The notes beneath the pieces are model-generated. The model ran no database searches and was not told the origin of the DNA. It saw nothing but the letters and a program-made list of their open reading frames with translations. A program made the translations under genes and the position numbers. Below are positions 1 through 11,341 of a DNA stretch of 64,000 nt, piece by piece. Within the stretch, counting starts at the first letter, position 1; each line of letters starts with the position of its first letter. The stretch is from Actinomycetota bacterium (GTDB lineage Bacteria > Actinomycetota > Actinomycetes > Actinomycetales > Microbacteriaceae): the NCBI GenBank assembly GCA_041180065.1, contig JBEGSI010000006.1, forward strand, positions 25,729-89,728, written 5' to 3'.

Positions 1-203
1 CCAAAGCTCATCACCAACGAAGCGACGTTTGTGCGGTTCCTGCCGCCGGCGTTGTCGTTGAGGCAATGGTTGCGCTGGTCGTGGCCAATGCTGTGCTGGA
101 GAAGTTTGGTGGCGACAACGTTTCGGAGACGAAACGCAATCTTGATAATTACCTTGCCAACATTCCTGAGGTGCTCTCCTCGGAAATCGTTCGCGATGCC
201 TAA
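1..203 (+). CDS. aroC: chorismate synthase, C-terminal fragment (5' end outside window)
   Basis: Frame 3 is open from the window edge to TAA 201-203. Translation ...[46 protein letters not shown]... resembles the AroC C-terminus. Directly upstream of aroK-aroB-aroQ. Not in the ORF track because it has no start in the window. Confidence 0.8.
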   Translation, partial: KAHHQRSDVCAVPAAGVVVEAMVALVVANAVLEKFGGDNVSETKRNLDNYLANIPEVLSSEIVRDA

Positions 204-696
204 CACCGGTGCGATAGTTTTAGTCGGTCCGATGGGTGTTGGAAAAACCACGATCGGCAAAAAACTCGCAAAGAGACTCGGGCTACCATTTATCGATACT
301 GACGCGGTTATTTCTAAGCAATACGGACCGATTCCCGAAATTTTCAGCCAGCAAGGTGAAGCCGTTTTTCGTGAATATGAAGAGCAGTGCGTTATCGATT
401 CGATTTCTGAACCGGCCGTTGTGGCTACTGGCGGTGGTGCGGTGTTGTCGGAACACAGTCGAGCCGCCTTCACCCAGACCGTGGTTGTGTATCTGACTAC
501 CGATGGCAAGCACATGGCCTCCAGGTTGAGCGGCGGAAGTCGACCGCTTCTGAAAGACGGAATCAACGATTGGCGAAGAATCTTTGAATCACGCCGTTCA
601 CTTTACGAACAAGTGGCGGACCTAACCATAGACACCTCAAGAATTGCCTTGAAATCCATTGTTGAAGAGATCGTAAGTGAGTTGAACAAAAGATGA
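196..696 (+). CDS. aroK: shikimate kinase
   Basis: Internal ATG 196 of ORF 31..696. [25 protein letters not shown] carries a Walker A. The 5' extension of the ORF is the aroC 3' end read in another frame. Overlaps the aroC stop by 8 nt (ATGCCTAA). Confidence 0.9.
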   Translation: MPNTGAIVLVGPMGVGKTTIGKKLAKRLGLPFIDTDAVISKQYGPIPEIFSQQGEAVFREYEEQCVIDSISEPAVVATGGGAVLSEHSRAAFTQTVVVYLTTDGKHMASRLSGGSRPLLKDGINDWRRIFESRRSLYEQVADLTIDTSRIALKSIVEEIVSELNKR

Positions 697-1781
697 GCGA
701 CATAACCCGCATCCCCGTTTCCGGCGATGATCCTTACGAGGTTTTGGTTGGGCGCGACCTATTGCACGAAATTCGTCCACTGATTTTGCCAACCGTTCAA
801 AAGGTGTTGCTAATCCACCCGATGGCTCTTCAAGCTAGCGCTGATGTACTCGCTGAAGAGCTTCGTTCGAGTGGTTTGGAAGTAATTCAAGCCGGTGTAT
901 CCGACGGAGAAGATGCGAAGCGAGTTGAAGTAGCAGCCTGGTGTTGGGGAATCATGGGCAAAAGCGATTTCACCCGCTCAGACGCAATCATCGGTTTTGG
1001 TGGCGGAAGTGCCACCGATTTAGCTGGGTTTGTTGCCGCTACTTGGCTCAGAGGCATCGCCTACTACGCAATTCCAACCACCCTGTTAGGTATGGTTGAC
1101 GCCGCTGTCGGCGGAAAGACCGGTATCAACACTGCCGAGGGGAAAAACCTGGTTGGGGCTTTCTACGCACCGAAAGCAGTCATTTGTGACCTGAACACCC
1201 TAGAAACACTGCCAAAGAACGAGCTAATCTCAGGTTTTGGCGAAGTTGCCAAGTATGGGTTTATTGCCGATGTACGGATTCTTGAACTTTTAGAAGCTGA
1301 TATCGAAAGCGCTACCTCAACAACCTCAGGTGAATTCCGAGAAATCGTTGAGCGCTGCATCGCCGTCAAGGCGCGCGTAGTTGGATCCGACTTCAAAGAG
1401 GCGGGGGAGCGGGAGATTTTGAACTACGGTCACACTCTCGGGCACGCCATTGAGTTGGTTGAGAAGTTTCAGTGGCGCCACGGAGCGGCCATCTCTGTCG
1501 GCATGATGTTTGTAGCCCAGCTTGGATTGTTGGCTGGAAACACGCCGGTAGAACTCGTCGATCGCCAGGAACGTGTTCTTACCGCTCTTGGGCTTCCAAC
1601 TAAGTACCGTGGTGGAAGATTCACTCAACTTCTCGAGGCAATGCGTCGCGACAAGAAATCTCGTGCCGGAGCACTTCGATTCGTAGTTCTCGATGATGTT
1701 GGCCGACCACGCATCCTCACTTCACCCTCCGATGAGTCGATGATGGCTGCCTACGGTGAAATTACTACCACCAACCGCTAA
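693..1781 (+). CDS. aroB: 3-dehydroquinate synthase
   Basis: 362 aa. ATGA overlap with the aroK stop. GGGSATDLAGFVAATWLRG and NYGHTLGHAIE motifs. Confidence 0.95.
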   Translation: MSDITRIPVSGDDPYEVLVGRDLLHEIRPLILPTVQKVLLIHPMALQASADVLAEELRSSGLEVIQAGVSDGEDAKRVEVAAWCWGIMGKSDFTRSDAIIGFGGGSATDLAGFVAATWLRGIAYYAIPTTLLGMVDAAVGGKTGINTAEGKNLVGAFYAPKAVICDLNTLETLPKNELISGFGEVAKYGFIADVRILELLEADIESATSTTSGEFREIVERCIAVKARVVGSDFKEAGEREILNYGHTLGHAIELVEKFQWRHGAAISVGMMFVAQLGLLAGNTPVELVDRQERVLTALGLPTKYRGGRFTQLLEAMRRDKKSRAGALRFVVLDDVGRPRILTSPSDESMMAAYGEITTTNR

Positions 1782-1791
1782 CCTTGAAACT

Positions 1792-2223
1792 ATGCGCAAA
1801 GTTCTAGTACTCAATGGCCCAAATCTTGGTCGCCTTGGCTCACGTGAGCCTGAGATCTATGGAAGTCTGAATTTTGCACAGCTTGTTGCTCAGGTCACTG
1901 AGGTAGCAAGTGAAATGGGTCTGGCAGCGGATGTCCGTCAGAGCGACTCTGAAACCGAATTGATTCACTGGCTTCACGAGGCGGTTGACAACAAGCTAGA
2001 TGTTGTTATCAACCCTGCGGCCTTCACGCACTACTCCTACGCTCTGAGAGACGCTGCCGCACTGGTCACCAAGTCGGGTCAAAAGTTGATTGAGGTTCAC
2101 ATTTCGAATCCTCACGCCCGTGAAAGTTTCCGCCACAACTCGGTAATTAGCGGTGTTGCCACCGGTGTAATTGCGGGTCTCGGACTTAAGAGTTATTTAC
2201 TGGCACTCGGCGCAATTGTTTAG
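1792..2223 (+). CDS. aroQ: type II 3-dehydroquinate dehydratase
   Basis: Internal ATG 1792 of ORF 1756..2223. MRKVLVLNGPNLGRLGSREPEIYG signature. The earlier ORF start lies inside aroB. Confidence 0.92.
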   Translation: MRKVLVLNGPNLGRLGSREPEIYGSLNFAQLVAQVTEVASEMGLAADVRQSDSETELIHWLHEAVDNKLDVVINPAAFTHYSYALRDAAALVTKSGQKLIEVHISNPHARESFRHNSVISGVATGVIAGLGLKSYLLALGAIV

Positions 2224-2279
2224 CGCTTCAAACGAGTAAACTTAGTTCAACAATCCCACTTATTTAGCGAGGCATTTTC

Positions 2280-2843
2280 GTGGCAACTTCAAACGACCTA
2301 AAAAACGGCATGGTCCTAAACATCGACGGACAACTTTGGGCCGTTATCGAATTTCAGCATGTAAAGCCTGGCAAGGGCCCAGCTTTCGTTCGCACTAAGT
2401 TGAAGAGCGTAATGTCTGGCAAAGTAGTCGACAAGACCTTCAATGCTGGCACCAAGGTGGAAACCGCCAATGTCGACAAGCGCGACATGGAATACCTATA
2501 CAACGACGGATCGTCTTACATCTTCATGGACAAGACCAACTACGAGCAGGTCGAACTCAGCCCAGAAGTTGTTGCTGAAGCCTCTGGTTACCTACTAGAA
2601 AACCAAGCTGCCACGGTGGCGTTGCACGAGGGTAACCCAATTTACGTAGAGTTGCCATCGTCTGTTGTTCTTACCATCACCTACACCGAGCCAGGTCTTC
2701 AGGGCGATCGCTCAACTGGCGGAACCAAGCCTGCGACCCTAGAAACCGGTCTTGAAGTCCAGGTTCCTTTGTTTGTTGAGAACAACACCCGCGTCAAGAT
2801 CGATACTCGCACTGGTGAGTACCTCGGCCGCGAACGCGACTAA
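2280..2843 (+). CDS. efp: translation elongation factor P
   Basis: GTG start with GAGG 7 nt upstream. 187 aa. [16 protein letters not shown] loop, the PGKGP type typical of Actinobacteria. Confidence 0.95.
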   Translation: MATSNDLKNGMVLNIDGQLWAVIEFQHVKPGKGPAFVRTKLKSVMSGKVVDKTFNAGTKVETANVDKRDMEYLYNDGSSYIFMDKTNYEQVELSPEVVAEASGYLLENQAATVALHEGNPIYVELPSSVVLTITYTEPGLQGDRSTGGTKPATLETGLEVQVPLFVENNTRVKIDTRTGEYLGRERD

Positions 2844-2844
2844 G

Positions 2845-3261
2845 GTGAGCTCCAGAAGCAAGGCACGCAAGAGAGCGGTAGATGCAATCTACGCCGCTGA
2901 CCTTCGCAAAGAATCGCCTGTTGATCTTCTTGGTGTAACGCAGGTGCAAGTTGCCGACCGTCAGAATCAAGACGAGATTTTCTCATACGCTAAAGAGATA
3001 GTTGAAGGCGTAATTGACAACCATGCTGAGATTGATGACCTTCTAGAGACCTACTCTGAAGGTTGGTCTATAGAGCGAATGCCCAACGTTGACCGAGCAA
3101 TCCTTCGAGTTGGCATTTGGGAGATTGTTTACTCGGATACTCCAAACGCAGTTGTCGTCAACGAGGCTGTAGATCTTGCAAAAGAGTATTCAACAGATGA
3201 GTCTGGTGGCTTCATCAATGGTCTTCTCTCGCGAGTTGCTGGCACCCGCAAGGCACTTTAG
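2845..3261 (+). CDS. nusB: transcription antitermination factor NusB
   Basis: GTG 2845, 1 nt after the efp stop, gives VSSRSKARKRAVDAIYAADLR..., matching NusB N-termini. The ORF-track start 2752 lies inside efp. Confidence 0.88.
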   Translation: MSSRSKARKRAVDAIYAADLRKESPVDLLGVTQVQVADRQNQDEIFSYAKEIVEGVIDNHAEIDDLLETYSEGWSIERMPNVDRAILRVGIWEIVYSDTPNAVVVNEAVDLAKEYSTDESGGFINGLLSRVAGTRKAL

Positions 3262-3279
3262 TTACACTTAGTACAAACA

Positions 3280-3314
3280 TCCTTTAAAACCGTCCTGTGA
3301 GGCGGAGAAGGAGG
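3280..3314 (+). promoter_or_regulatory. candidate PyrR-binding hairpin occluding the pyrR Shine-Dalgarno
   Basis: TCCTT(3280-3284) pairs with AAGGA(3308-3312) and CCG(3290-3292) pairs with CGG(3303-3305). The apical GUCCUGUGAGGCG resembles the PyrR binding-loop core. The AAGGAGG SD (3308-3314) lies in the 3' arm. Confidence 0.5.
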
Positions 3315-3319
3315 TGGGC

Positions 3320-3859
3320 GTGAATACACGCACCGTCTTAACGTCGAGTGACATCGACCGTGCCGTAACCCGCATTTCTCACGAAATAGTCGAGGCTAAT
3401 CGGGGCACTTCAAATCTACTTATTCTCGGTATTCCTACACGTGGTGTTTGGCTCGCAGAACGCATTGCCAAGGCTATTTCTAATAGCTACCCAGAGTTCG
3501 ATGCCTCGGTTAGTGTCGGCCGTTTGGATGTAACACTATTCCGCGACGATTTGGCTTCAAAGCCGACTAAAGAGATCACTCAGACCTCCCTGCCCAACAG
3601 CGGTCTAGAGGGTAAAACCGTGGTTTTGGTCGATGACGTCCTTTTCAGCGGACGCACAGTGCGAGCTGCTCTTGATGCGCTGAACGAATTTGGTCGGCCT
3701 AGCGCAGTTCGATTGGCTGTTCTTGTAGACCGCGGTCACCGCGAACTGCCAATCCGAGCGGATTATGTGGGAAAGAACTTGCCAACTTCATTGCACGAGC
3801 GAATCAATGTGCGACTCGATGAATCCGATACCGAGAATTCTGTGGTGATCGAGGGATGA
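3320..3859 (+). CDS. pyrR: pyrimidine operon regulator / uracil phosphoribosyltransferase PyrR
   Basis: GTG 3320 is 5 nt after AAGGAGG. The ORF-track GTG 3314 would overlap the [20 protein letters not shown] is a PRPP-binding motif. Confidence 0.9.
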   Translation: MNTRTVLTSSDIDRAVTRISHEIVEANRGTSNLLILGIPTRGVWLAERIAKAISNSYPEFDASVSVGRLDVTLFRDDLASKPTKEITQTSLPNSGLEGKTVVLVDDVLFSGRTVRAALDALNEFGRPSAVRLAVLVDRGHRELPIRADYVGKNLPTSLHERINVRLDESDTENSVVIEG

Positions 3860-4809
3860 ATCTAAAACATCTAATTTCAGCAAGTGATCTTTCACGAGAT
3901 CAGGCCATTGAGATTCTCGACACTGCCAAAGAGATGGCTGGCGTAAGCGACCGCGAGGTGAAGAAACTCCCGACATTGCGTGGAAAAACCGTGGTGAATT
4001 TGTTCTATGAGGATTCAACTCGTACGCGTGTTTCGTTCGAAGTGGCAGAAAAGCGTCTTTCTGCTGATGTCGTTAATGTGAGCGCAAAAGGGTCAAGTGT
4101 TTCGAAGGGTGAAAGCCTCAAGGACACGGTTCAAACTTTGGCGGCAATTTCTGCCGATGTCATTGTGATGAGACATGGTTCATCTGGTGCAGCGCATACT
4201 CTCGCTAATTCTGATTGGTTCTCCGGCTCGGTTATTAACGCTGGCGACGGCACTCACGAGCACCCGACACAAGCCTTGCTCGATGCTTACACCTTGAGAG
4301 ACCGATTATTCGCCTCAGCTGCAGGTTCTGATCTGGCTGGTGTTAACGTAGCAATTGTTGGCGACATCGCCCACTCTAGAGTGGCGCGCAGTAACCTTAT
4401 CCTTCTCAAGACTTTAGGAGCAAAGGTTCACCTCATTGCCCCAGCTACATTGCTCCCTGGCGCACTTGCTAAATCGGCAGAATCTTCCTACTTCGATTTC
4501 GACGAGGCTATTGAAGATTTGAATCTTGACGCCGTGATGATGCTGAGAGTTCAGTCGGAGCGAATGCATGCGTCATTTTTCCCAACCGAGTCTGAATATT
4601 CGAGACTCTGGGGGCTTAATCGCGAAAGACTTGAGCGAATGGGTAAAGACGTCCTAGTCATGCACCCAGGACCTATGAACCGCGGTCTCGAAATCGATAG
4701 TTACTGCGCGGATTCACCAAATAGTACCGTTTTGGACCAAGTGAGAAATGGCGTATCCGCACGTATGGCTGTTTTGTATCACCTAGCGGGAACCGAGAGG
4801 AACATCTAA
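3856..4809 (+). CDS. pyrB: aspartate carbamoyltransferase catalytic subunit
   Basis: 317 aa. STRTRVSFE and HPTQALLD motifs. ATGA overlap with pyrR. Confidence 0.95.
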   Translation: MNLKHLISASDLSRDQAIEILDTAKEMAGVSDREVKKLPTLRGKTVVNLFYEDSTRTRVSFEVAEKRLSADVVNVSAKGSSVSKGESLKDTVQTLAAISADVIVMRHGSSGAAHTLANSDWFSGSVINAGDGTHEHPTQALLDAYTLRDRLFASAAGSDLAGVNVAIVGDIAHSRVARSNLILLKTLGAKVHLIAPATLLPGALAKSAESSYFDFDEAIEDLNLDAVMMLRVQSERMHASFFPTESEYSRLWGLNRERLERMGKDVLVMHPGPMNRGLEIDSYCADSPNSTVLDQVRNGVSARMAVLYHLAGTERNI

Positions 4810-6089
4810 TGAGTTTTACCCTGAAGTCCGTAACCCTCAGCGATGGCAAGGTGACAAACGTCTCGATTGAGAATGGGCTAATTACTGCGGTCGGCCAACA
4901 GGTGGCCGGTGAGGTAATCGATTGTTCTGGTCTGATTGGTCTGCCTGGCTTCGTTGATCTTCACACACACCTGCGTCAACCTGGTTTTGAGCAGAGCGAG
5001 ACCGTTGAGAGTGGTTCGATGGCTGCTGCGCTTGGTGGTTACACGGCGGTGCACCCAATGGCGAATACCTTTCCTGTCGCCGATAACGCAGGTGTTGTTG
5101 AGCAGGTTCAACGACTTGGTGAGGAAGTCGGACTAGTTGAGGTTCAACCGATCGGAGCAGTCACCGTAGGGCTAGAAGGTGAGCAGCTTGCCGAACTAGG
5201 CACCATGAACAAGTCCAAAGCTCGTGTCAGGATTTTCAGCGACGATGGCAAGTGCGTGAGCGATCCGCTTTTGATGCGCCGAGCACTTACCTACGTGAAA
5301 ACCTTTGATGGCGTTATCGCTCAGCACGCGCAGGAACCTCGTCTAACGCAGGGTGCTCAAATGAATGAGGGTGCTGTGTCTGCAGAGCTAGGGCTTGCAG
5401 GATGGCCAGCTGTCGCTGAAGAATCGATCATTGCTCGAGACATTATGTTGGCAGAGTTAACCGGCTCGAGATTGCATGTCTGTCACGTTTCAACCGCTGG
5501 TTCGGTGGAGCAGATTCGCTTGGGCAAGGCACGCGGTGTCAAGGTAACTGCTGAGGTCACTCCTCATCACCTATTACTTACCGACGAGTTGGCTCGAGGC
5601 TACGATCCAGTATTCAAAGTAAATCCCCCTCTTAGAACAGCCCAAGATGTGACTGCGCTTCGTGAGGCACTCATAGACGGCACGATCGACATCATCGGCA
5701 CCGACCACGCTCCGCACCCGGAGGAACTCAAGAAGTGCGAGTGGAGCGCAGCGGCATTCGGAATGCTCGGGTTAGAAACAGCCGCGTCAATCGCCCAATT
5801 GGTTCTAATTGACAGCGGCAAATCGTCGTGGAGTCGTTTGGCCGAGGTGCTTTCAATTGCTCCAGCTCGAATAAGTGGATTAGAGCACCAGGGTCAGCCG
5901 GTTGAAATCGGACAGGTTGCCAATCTCACATTGATCAATCCGCTTGTAAGCAGAACCATCGTTGACGGGGGAGTCAGCAAGAGCAATAACCAGCCATACG
6001 TTGGCATGCAACTTCCTGGTCAGGTCGTTCACACAATTTTCCGTGGAACGTTCACGGTTCGAGACACAGTATTAGCAAGGAAGGCATAA
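4809..6089 (+). CDS. pyrC: dihydroorotase
   Basis: 426 aa. DLHTHLRQPG metal-binding HxH. TAATG overlap with pyrB. Confidence 0.93.
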   Translation: MSFTLKSVTLSDGKVTNVSIENGLITAVGQQVAGEVIDCSGLIGLPGFVDLHTHLRQPGFEQSETVESGSMAAALGGYTAVHPMANTFPVADNAGVVEQVQRLGEEVGLVEVQPIGAVTVGLEGEQLAELGTMNKSKARVRIFSDDGKCVSDPLLMRRALTYVKTFDGVIAQHAQEPRLTQGAQMNEGAVSAELGLAGWPAVAEESIIARDIMLAELTGSRLHVCHVSTAGSVEQIRLGKARGVKVTAEVTPHHLLLTDELARGYDPVFKVNPPLRTAQDVTALREALIDGTIDIIGTDHAPHPEELKKCEWSAAAFGMLGLETAASIAQLVLIDSGKSSWSRLAEVLSIAPARISGLEHQGQPVEIGQVANLTLINPLVSRTIVDGGVSKSNNQPYVGMQLPGQVVHTIFRGTFTVRDTVLARKA

Positions 6090-7226
6090 ATGAGTAAGGC
6101 GCTCTTAGTCCTGGAGGATGGAAAAGTTTTCACCGGTCACAGTTACGGAACCGAAGGCAAGTCCCTGGGGGAAGTTGTTTTCTGTACCGGCATGACCGGT
6201 TATCAGGAAACTTTGACCGACCCAAGTTACGCGGGTCAGATTGTGGTTCAGACCGCACCACACATTGGAAACACTGGCGTAAATGCTCGGGATGAAGAGT
6301 CGTCAAAGGTTTGGGTTGCCGGCTATGTCGTGCGGGATGCGTCTCGTATTGTGTCAAATTTCCGAAGTGAGGATTCGCTCGACAATGAGTTAGTCAAATA
6401 CGGCGTTGTTGGGATTCGTGGAATCGATACTCGCGCTTTAACCAGGCACTTGCGCGACCGCGGCGTTATGCGAGGCGGCGTTTTTTCTGGATCGGCTGCC
6501 GAACAACCGATTGATGCGCTCTTGATCGAGGTGCAATCTGCAAAGAAGATGCAAGGTCTTTCGCTCAGCAATGAAGTTTCAACCTCGGAAAAGTATGTCG
6601 TGGCGGCAGAGGGCGATCTGTTCGGGCGAGTGGCGATTCTTGATCTTGGAATCAAATCCTCGACCATCGAGAACATGACTGCCCGTGGGCTTGAAGTTCA
6701 CGTTTACCCAGCTACGAGCGATGCCAAGACCCTGCTTGAAGTATCTCCCGACGCTGTGTTCTACTCAAATGGACCAGGTGACCCAGAGACCGCAGCGGCA
6801 CAGGTCGCTACTCTTCAGGAAATCCTAAAGTCGAGGACCCCATTCTTCGGAATCTGTTTTGGCAACCAGTTACTGGGCCGCGCTTTGGGTTTCGAAACCT
6901 ACAAGCTTGCCTTTGGTCACCGAGGCATCAATCAGCCTGTTCTAGACCGACGAACGGGCAAGGTAGAGGTAACTGCACACAACCACGGTTTTGCGGTCAA
7001 GGTTGAAGGCGGTCCAGAGGTCGATTCGCCTGCGGGTTTCGGTCGAGTGAAGGTTAGCCACGTTTCACTGAACGATGATGTAGTTGAAGGCCTGGAATGT
7101 GTTGACCTTCCTGCCTACTCCGTTCAATACCACCCTGAAGCAGCCGCCGGACCACACGACTCGAACTACCTGTTCGATCGACTAATTGAACTTATCGAAA
7201 ACAACCGAAAGGCTCAGAATGCCTAA
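6090..7226 (+). CDS. carA: carbamoyl-phosphate synthase small (glutaminase) subunit
   Basis: 378 aa. GICFGNQLL catalytic Cys motif and a C-terminal HPEA motif. The start abuts the pyrC stop. Confidence 0.95.
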   Translation: MSKALLVLEDGKVFTGHSYGTEGKSLGEVVFCTGMTGYQETLTDPSYAGQIVVQTAPHIGNTGVNARDEESSKVWVAGYVVRDASRIVSNFRSEDSLDNELVKYGVVGIRGIDTRALTRHLRDRGVMRGGVFSGSAAEQPIDALLIEVQSAKKMQGLSLSNEVSTSEKYVVAAEGDLFGRVAILDLGIKSSTIENMTARGLEVHVYPATSDAKTLLEVSPDAVFYSNGPGDPETAAAQVATLQEILKSRTPFFGICFGNQLLGRALGFETYKLAFGHRGINQPVLDRRTGKVEVTAHNHGFAVKVEGGPEVDSPAGFGRVKVSHVSLNDDVVEGLECVDLPAYSVQYHPEAAAGPHDSNYLFDRLIELIENNRKAQNA

Positions 7227-10200
7227 GCGTTCCGACATCAAATCAGTACTAGTAATCGGTTCCGGCCCGATCGTTATCGGTCAGGCTTGCGAGTTTGACT
7301 ACTCTGGCACCCAGGCTTGTCGAGTTCTTCGCGAAGAGGGCATCCGAGTCATTTTGGTCAACTCAAACCCAGCGACGATTATGACCGACCCAGACTTCGC
7401 CGACGCCACCTATGTAGAGCCGATCACTCCTGAAGTGATTGAAAGCATCATCATCAAAGAAAAGCCAGACGCAATTCTTCCTACTCTTGGAGGCCAAACG
7501 GCGCTAAATGCTGCAATGTCTCTGCATGAATTGGGAATTCTAGATAAGTACAACGTGGAGCTAATTGGTGCCAAGGTTGACGCCATCAAAAAGGGTGAAG
7601 ACCGTCAGATATTCAAGCAGTTGGTTTTGGATGCCGGCGCCGATGTCGCCCGTTCGGTAATCGCTCACAACATGGACGAAGTGCTAGCCGCCGTTGATGT
7701 TCTGGGCTATCCGATGGTGGTACGACCTTCGTTCACCATGGGCGGTCTTGGTTCAGGCTTTGCCTATAACGAAGAAGACCTTCGACGCATTGCTGGCGCA
7801 GGTCTGCAGGCGAGCCCGACCACCGAAGTTCTTCTCGAAGAGTCGATTCTCGGCTGGAAAGAGTATGAGCTTGAGCTTATGCGTGACACTGCCGACAACA
7901 CCGTTGTGGTCTGTTCTATCGAGAACGTCGACCCAGTTGGAGTTCACACCGGTGACTCAATTACGGTTGCCCCTGCTCTAACTTTGACCGACCGCGAGTA
8001 CCAGAACCTTCGTGACATTGGAATTCGAATCATTCGAGATGTCGGCGTTGACACCGGTGGCTGCAACATCCAATTCGCTGTCGACCCTAATGATGGTCGC
8101 GTAATCGTCATTGAAATGAATCCTCGTGTTTCACGTTCTTCTGCGTTGGCGTCCAAGGCTACTGGTTTCCCAATTGCCAAAATTGCAGCGAAGCTTGAAA
8201 TTGGTTACACCCTCGATGAAATCCCTAATGACATCACTCGGGTCACGCCGGCCAGCTTCGAACCTACTCTCGACTACGTTGTGGTCAAGGTTCCTAGATT
8301 TGCGTTTGAAAAGTTCCCTGCGGCCGACCCAACTTTGACGACCACTATGAAATCGGTTGGTGAAGCAATGGCAATTGGTCGCAACTACAGCCAAGCTCTC
8401 CAAAAGGCACTTCGTTCGCTTGAGAAGAAGGGCTCATCGTTCCACTGGGGTGAGCAGCAAAAATCTCTCGCAGAGCTACTTGAGCAGATCAAAATTCCTA
8501 CCGATGGAAGAATCGTCGCTGTTCAGCAAGCTCTCCGGCTAGGCGCCACAGCTTCTCAGGTGTTCGACAACACGAAGATCGATCCTTGGTTCATTGATCA
8601 AATCGTTTTGATCAACGAAGTTGCTGAAAGGATTGCCTCGGCCAGTGAGCTTTCTGCCGAGGTCATTCTCGAGGCAAAGGAACACGGTTTCTCAGACATC
8701 CAAATTGCTGAACTTCGTTCGCTTGGTGAATCCGATGTTCGTGCTATCCGTCACGCGCTTTCACTTCGCCCCGTTTTCAAGACCGTCGACACCTGTGCCG
8801 GTGAGTTTCCTGCGCTAACGCCATACCATTACTCGACCTATGAGCAGGAGACCGAAGTCGTTCCTTCTTCTCGGAAGAAGGTAGTGATCCTGGGTTCTGG
8901 TCCGAACCGTATCGGTCAGGGTGTTGAGTTCGATTACTCGTGTGTACACGCTTCATTCGCACTTTCAGACGCTGGTTACGAAACCATCATGATTAACTGC
9001 AACCCAGAGACGGTTTCTACCGACTATGACACCTCAGATCGTCTCTACTTCGAGCCACTAACACTTGAAGATGTGCTCGAAGTTATTCACGCCGAAAGCT
9101 CCAGTGGCGAACTCGTTGGAGTCGTTGTGCAGCTCGGTGGCCAAACTGCGCTTGGACTAGCAAAAGGTTTGAAGGAAGCTGGTATTCCGATCCTTGGAAC
9201 CACTCCTGAGGCAATTGATTTGGCAGAGGAGCGAGGCCTATTTAGCGAGATTCTAGATAACGCTGGATTGCTCTCACCTGCCAATGGCATTGCCATCAAC
9301 CTAGCTGAGGCAACCGAAATCGCCTCGAGAATCGGTTATCCGGTTTTGGTTCGTCCATCCTTTGTTCTTGGAGGGCGTGGAATGGAAATCGTCTACGACC
9401 AGCATTCTCTTGTCGATTACTTCGACAGGATTGCCGAATTCGGTTTGATCGGTCCAGGCTATCCACTGCTAGTGGATCGATTCCTAGATGACGCCATCGA
9501 AATCGACATTGACGCACTTTACGACGGTGTGGAGCTTTATGTTGGTGGCGTGATGGAACACATCGAAGAGGCTGGAATCCACTCTGGCGACTCATCGTGT
9601 ACCTTGCCTCCGATCACTCTTTCGGCTGGGCAAATCGAACGTGTTCGACTAGCTACTGAGGCAATTGCGAAGGGTATCGGAGTTCGTGGACTGCTCAACG
9701 TGCAGTTTGCGATCGCCAACGACGTGCTCTACGTGCTCGAGGCGAATCCTCGAGCATCACGCACTGTTCCTTTCGTTTCCAAGGCCCTGGGAATTACCTT
9801 GGCTAAGGCAGCTTCCTTGGTTATGGTCGGTAAATCGATTGCCTCATTGAAGCAAGATGGACACCTTCCAAAGGTTGATGGCACTTACATCCCAGCTGGC
9901 TCGGCGATTTCTGTGAAGGAGGCCGTGCTTCCATTCAAGCGCTTTGCCACCAAAGACGGACGGTTCGTTGATTCTCTATTGGGCCCTGAAATGCGTTCCA
10001 CTGGAGAGGTCATGGGTATTGACGTCGATTTCCCAACAGCGTTTGCTAAGAGCCAAGCTGCTGCTGGCAGCGCCTTGCCCACCAGCGGAACAATCTTCAT
10101 CTCTGTCGCAGATCGCGATAAACCGCAGGTGCTCCTGCCGGTACGCCGTTTACAGCAGCTCGGGTATCGAATTCTTGCTACCGAAGGAACCGCCTCGATT

Positions 10201-10509
10201 CTGGCTAGACACGGTATCGCGGTTGAGAGCGTCCGTAAGGAATCAACACCGGGGGAAGGTCCTTCGATTGTTGACCTAATTACCGCGGGTCAGGTTGATG
10301 TCGTTGTCAACACTCCATCTGGTTCATCCGCTCGTAAAGACGGCTATGAGATTCGCGCGGCGACTACTGCAGCAGACAAGGCTATTTTCACCACCATTGC
10401 TCAACTTAGCGCCGCGATTGGTTCGTTTGAGACCGTTATTGCCGGACCATTCGCGGTCCGTTCACTGCAGCAACACGCAGCAGACCGGGCGGCGGCACTT
10501 GCACTCTAA
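7219..10509 (+). CDS. carB: carbamoyl-phosphate synthase large subunit
   Basis: Internal ATG 7219 gives [30 protein letters not shown]. Two ATP-grasp halves plus an MGS-like C-terminus. 8-nt overlap with carA (ATGCCTAA). Confidence 0.96.
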   Translation: MPKRSDIKSVLVIGSGPIVIGQACEFDYSGTQACRVLREEGIRVILVNSNPATIMTDPDFADATYVEPITPEVIESIIIKEKPDAILPTLGGQTALNAAMSLHELGILDKYNVELIGAKVDAIKKGEDRQIFKQLVLDAGADVARSVIAHNMDEVLAAVDVLGYPMVVRPSFTMGGLGSGFAYNEEDLRRIAGAGLQASPTTEVLLEESILGWKEYELELMRDTADNTVVVCSIENVDPVGVHTGDSITVAPALTLTDREYQNLRDIGIRIIRDVGVDTGGCNIQFAVDPNDGRVIVIEMNPRVSRSSALASKATGFPIAKIAAKLEIGYTLDEIPNDITRVTPASFEPTLDYVVVKVPRFAFEKFPAADPTLTTTMKSVGEAMAIGRNYSQALQKALRSLEKKGSSFHWGEQQKSLAELLEQIKIPTDGRIVAVQQALRLGATASQVFDNTKIDPWFIDQIVLINEVAERIASASELSAEVILEAKEHGFSDIQIAELRSLGESDVRAIRHALSLRPVFKTVDTCAGEFPALTPYHYSTYEQETEVVPSSRKKVVILGSGPNRIGQGVEFDYSCVHASFALSDAGYETIMINCNPETVSTDYDTSDRLYFEPLTLEDVLEVIHAESSSGELVGVVVQLGGQTALGLAKGLKEAGIPILGTTPEAIDLAEERGLFSEILDNAGLLSPANGIAINLAEATEIASRIGYPVLVRPSFVLGGRGMEIVYDQHSLVDYFDRIAEFGLIGPGYPLLVDRFLDDAIEIDIDALYDGVELYVGGVMEHIEEAGIHSGDSSCTLPPITLSAGQIERVRLATEAIAKGIGVRGLLNVQFAIANDVLYVLEANPRASRTVPFVSKALGITLAKAASLVMVGKSIASLKQDGHLPKVDGTYIPAGSAISVKEAVLPFKRFATKDGRFVDSLLGPEMRSTGEVMGIDVDFPTAFAKSQAAAGSALPTSGTIFISVADRDKPQVLLPVRRLQQLGYRILATEGTASILARHGIAVESVRKESTPGEGPSIVDLITAGQVDVVVNTPSGSSARKDGYEIRAATTAADKAIFTTIAQLSAAIGSFETVIAGPFAVRSLQQHAADRAAALAL

Positions 10510-11332
10510 ATTCGGAAAACAACTTCTCGAGGCTTTCGAGTCTCGGGGTCAGCTGTGCGTCGGGATTGATCCTCATGCGTCCTTGCTGCAGTCTTGGGGT
10601 CTTCCAGACTCGGCAGAGGGCGTCCGAGAATTTTCCCTGCGAGTAATCGATGCCGCCTCAACCAGAGTTGGGGTCATCAAGCCGCAAGTATCGTTTTTCG
10701 AGCGCTTCGGAGCTGCCGGCTTCCAAGTATTGGCAGAAGTAACCAATCAAGCCAAGGAGGCTGGGTTGTTGGTCATTGCCGACGCCAAACGTGGAGATAT
10801 CGGCACCACCATGGACGCCTACCTTGAGGCTTGGTTCGGTCAAAGTTCTGGTCTCTATGCCGATGCATTAACCGTCTCTCCATATCTAGGTCTCGGCAGC
10901 ATCTCTTCCGGATTCGAAAAGTGGAGCAACTCCGGCAAGGGTATCTTCTCTCTGGTTGCCACCTCTAACCCAGAGGGGGAGACGGTTCAATTGGCTTCCC
11001 TGGGAGGTAAATCGCTAGCGGTGAGCCAGCTGCAGCAGCTTGCCAATCTAAACGGAGTTGCCGATTCGCTTGGTTCCTATGGAGCGGTTATCGGTGCGAC
11101 CTTGGACTTCGACAGGTTCGGAATTTCATTGGTTCCGTCAAATGTTCCAGTTCTCGCGCCCGGTTTTGGAGCTCAAGGGGCGGAACTTTCTCAGGCAAAA
11201 AGAATTTTCGCGGGACTCTCTGGCCAGGTTTGTTTTTCGGTTTCTAGATCGGTTCTTATAGCGGGGAAAGACGGAATAGTTTCGGCAATCGACTCCGCAA
11301 ATTCCGAGTTACGCTCGGGTCTGGCTGGTTAG
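10499..11332 (+). CDS. pyrF: orotidine-5'-phosphate decarboxylase, type 2
   Basis: [10 protein letters not shown] and LCVGIDPH motifs. There is no ATG after the carB end. TTG 10499 gives 18 residues before LCVGIDPH, as in mycobacterial PyrF. The ORF-track start 10295 lies deep inside carB. Confidence 0.85.
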   Translation: MHSKFGKQLLEAFESRGQLCVGIDPHASLLQSWGLPDSAEGVREFSLRVIDAASTRVGVIKPQVSFFERFGAAGFQVLAEVTNQAKEAGLLVIADAKRGDIGTTMDAYLEAWFGQSSGLYADALTVSPYLGLGSISSGFEKWSNSGKGIFSLVATSNPEGETVQLASLGGKSLAVSQLQQLANLNGVADSLGSYGAVIGATLDFDRFGISLVPSNVPVLAPGFGAQGAELSQAKRIFAGLSGQVCFSVSRSVLIAGKDGIVSAIDSANSELRSGLAG

Positions 11333-11335
11333 GCT
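11330..11335 (+). promoter_or_regulatory. TAGGCT hexamer 6 nt upstream of gmk ATG (candidate -10 of a leaderless transcript)
   Basis: TAGGCTgtttcaATG. The TAG is also the pyrF stop codon. No SD is present. See findings. Confidence 0.4.
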
Positions 11336-11341
11336 GTTTCA

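Noticed and set aside
31-195. N-terminal extensions in the ORF track: 31-195 aroK, 1756-1791 aroQ, 2752-2844 nusB, 7186-7218 carB, 10295-10498 pyrF, 19627-19680 hisG, 27607-27654 gltB, 32147-32200 gltD, 61876-62019 tkt, 61922-62011 ctaB.
   Set aside because: Each extension lies inside the preceding gene in another frame or adds residues with no resemblance to the family N-terminus. Internal starts give canonical N-termini, and usually an SD or a start/stop overlap.
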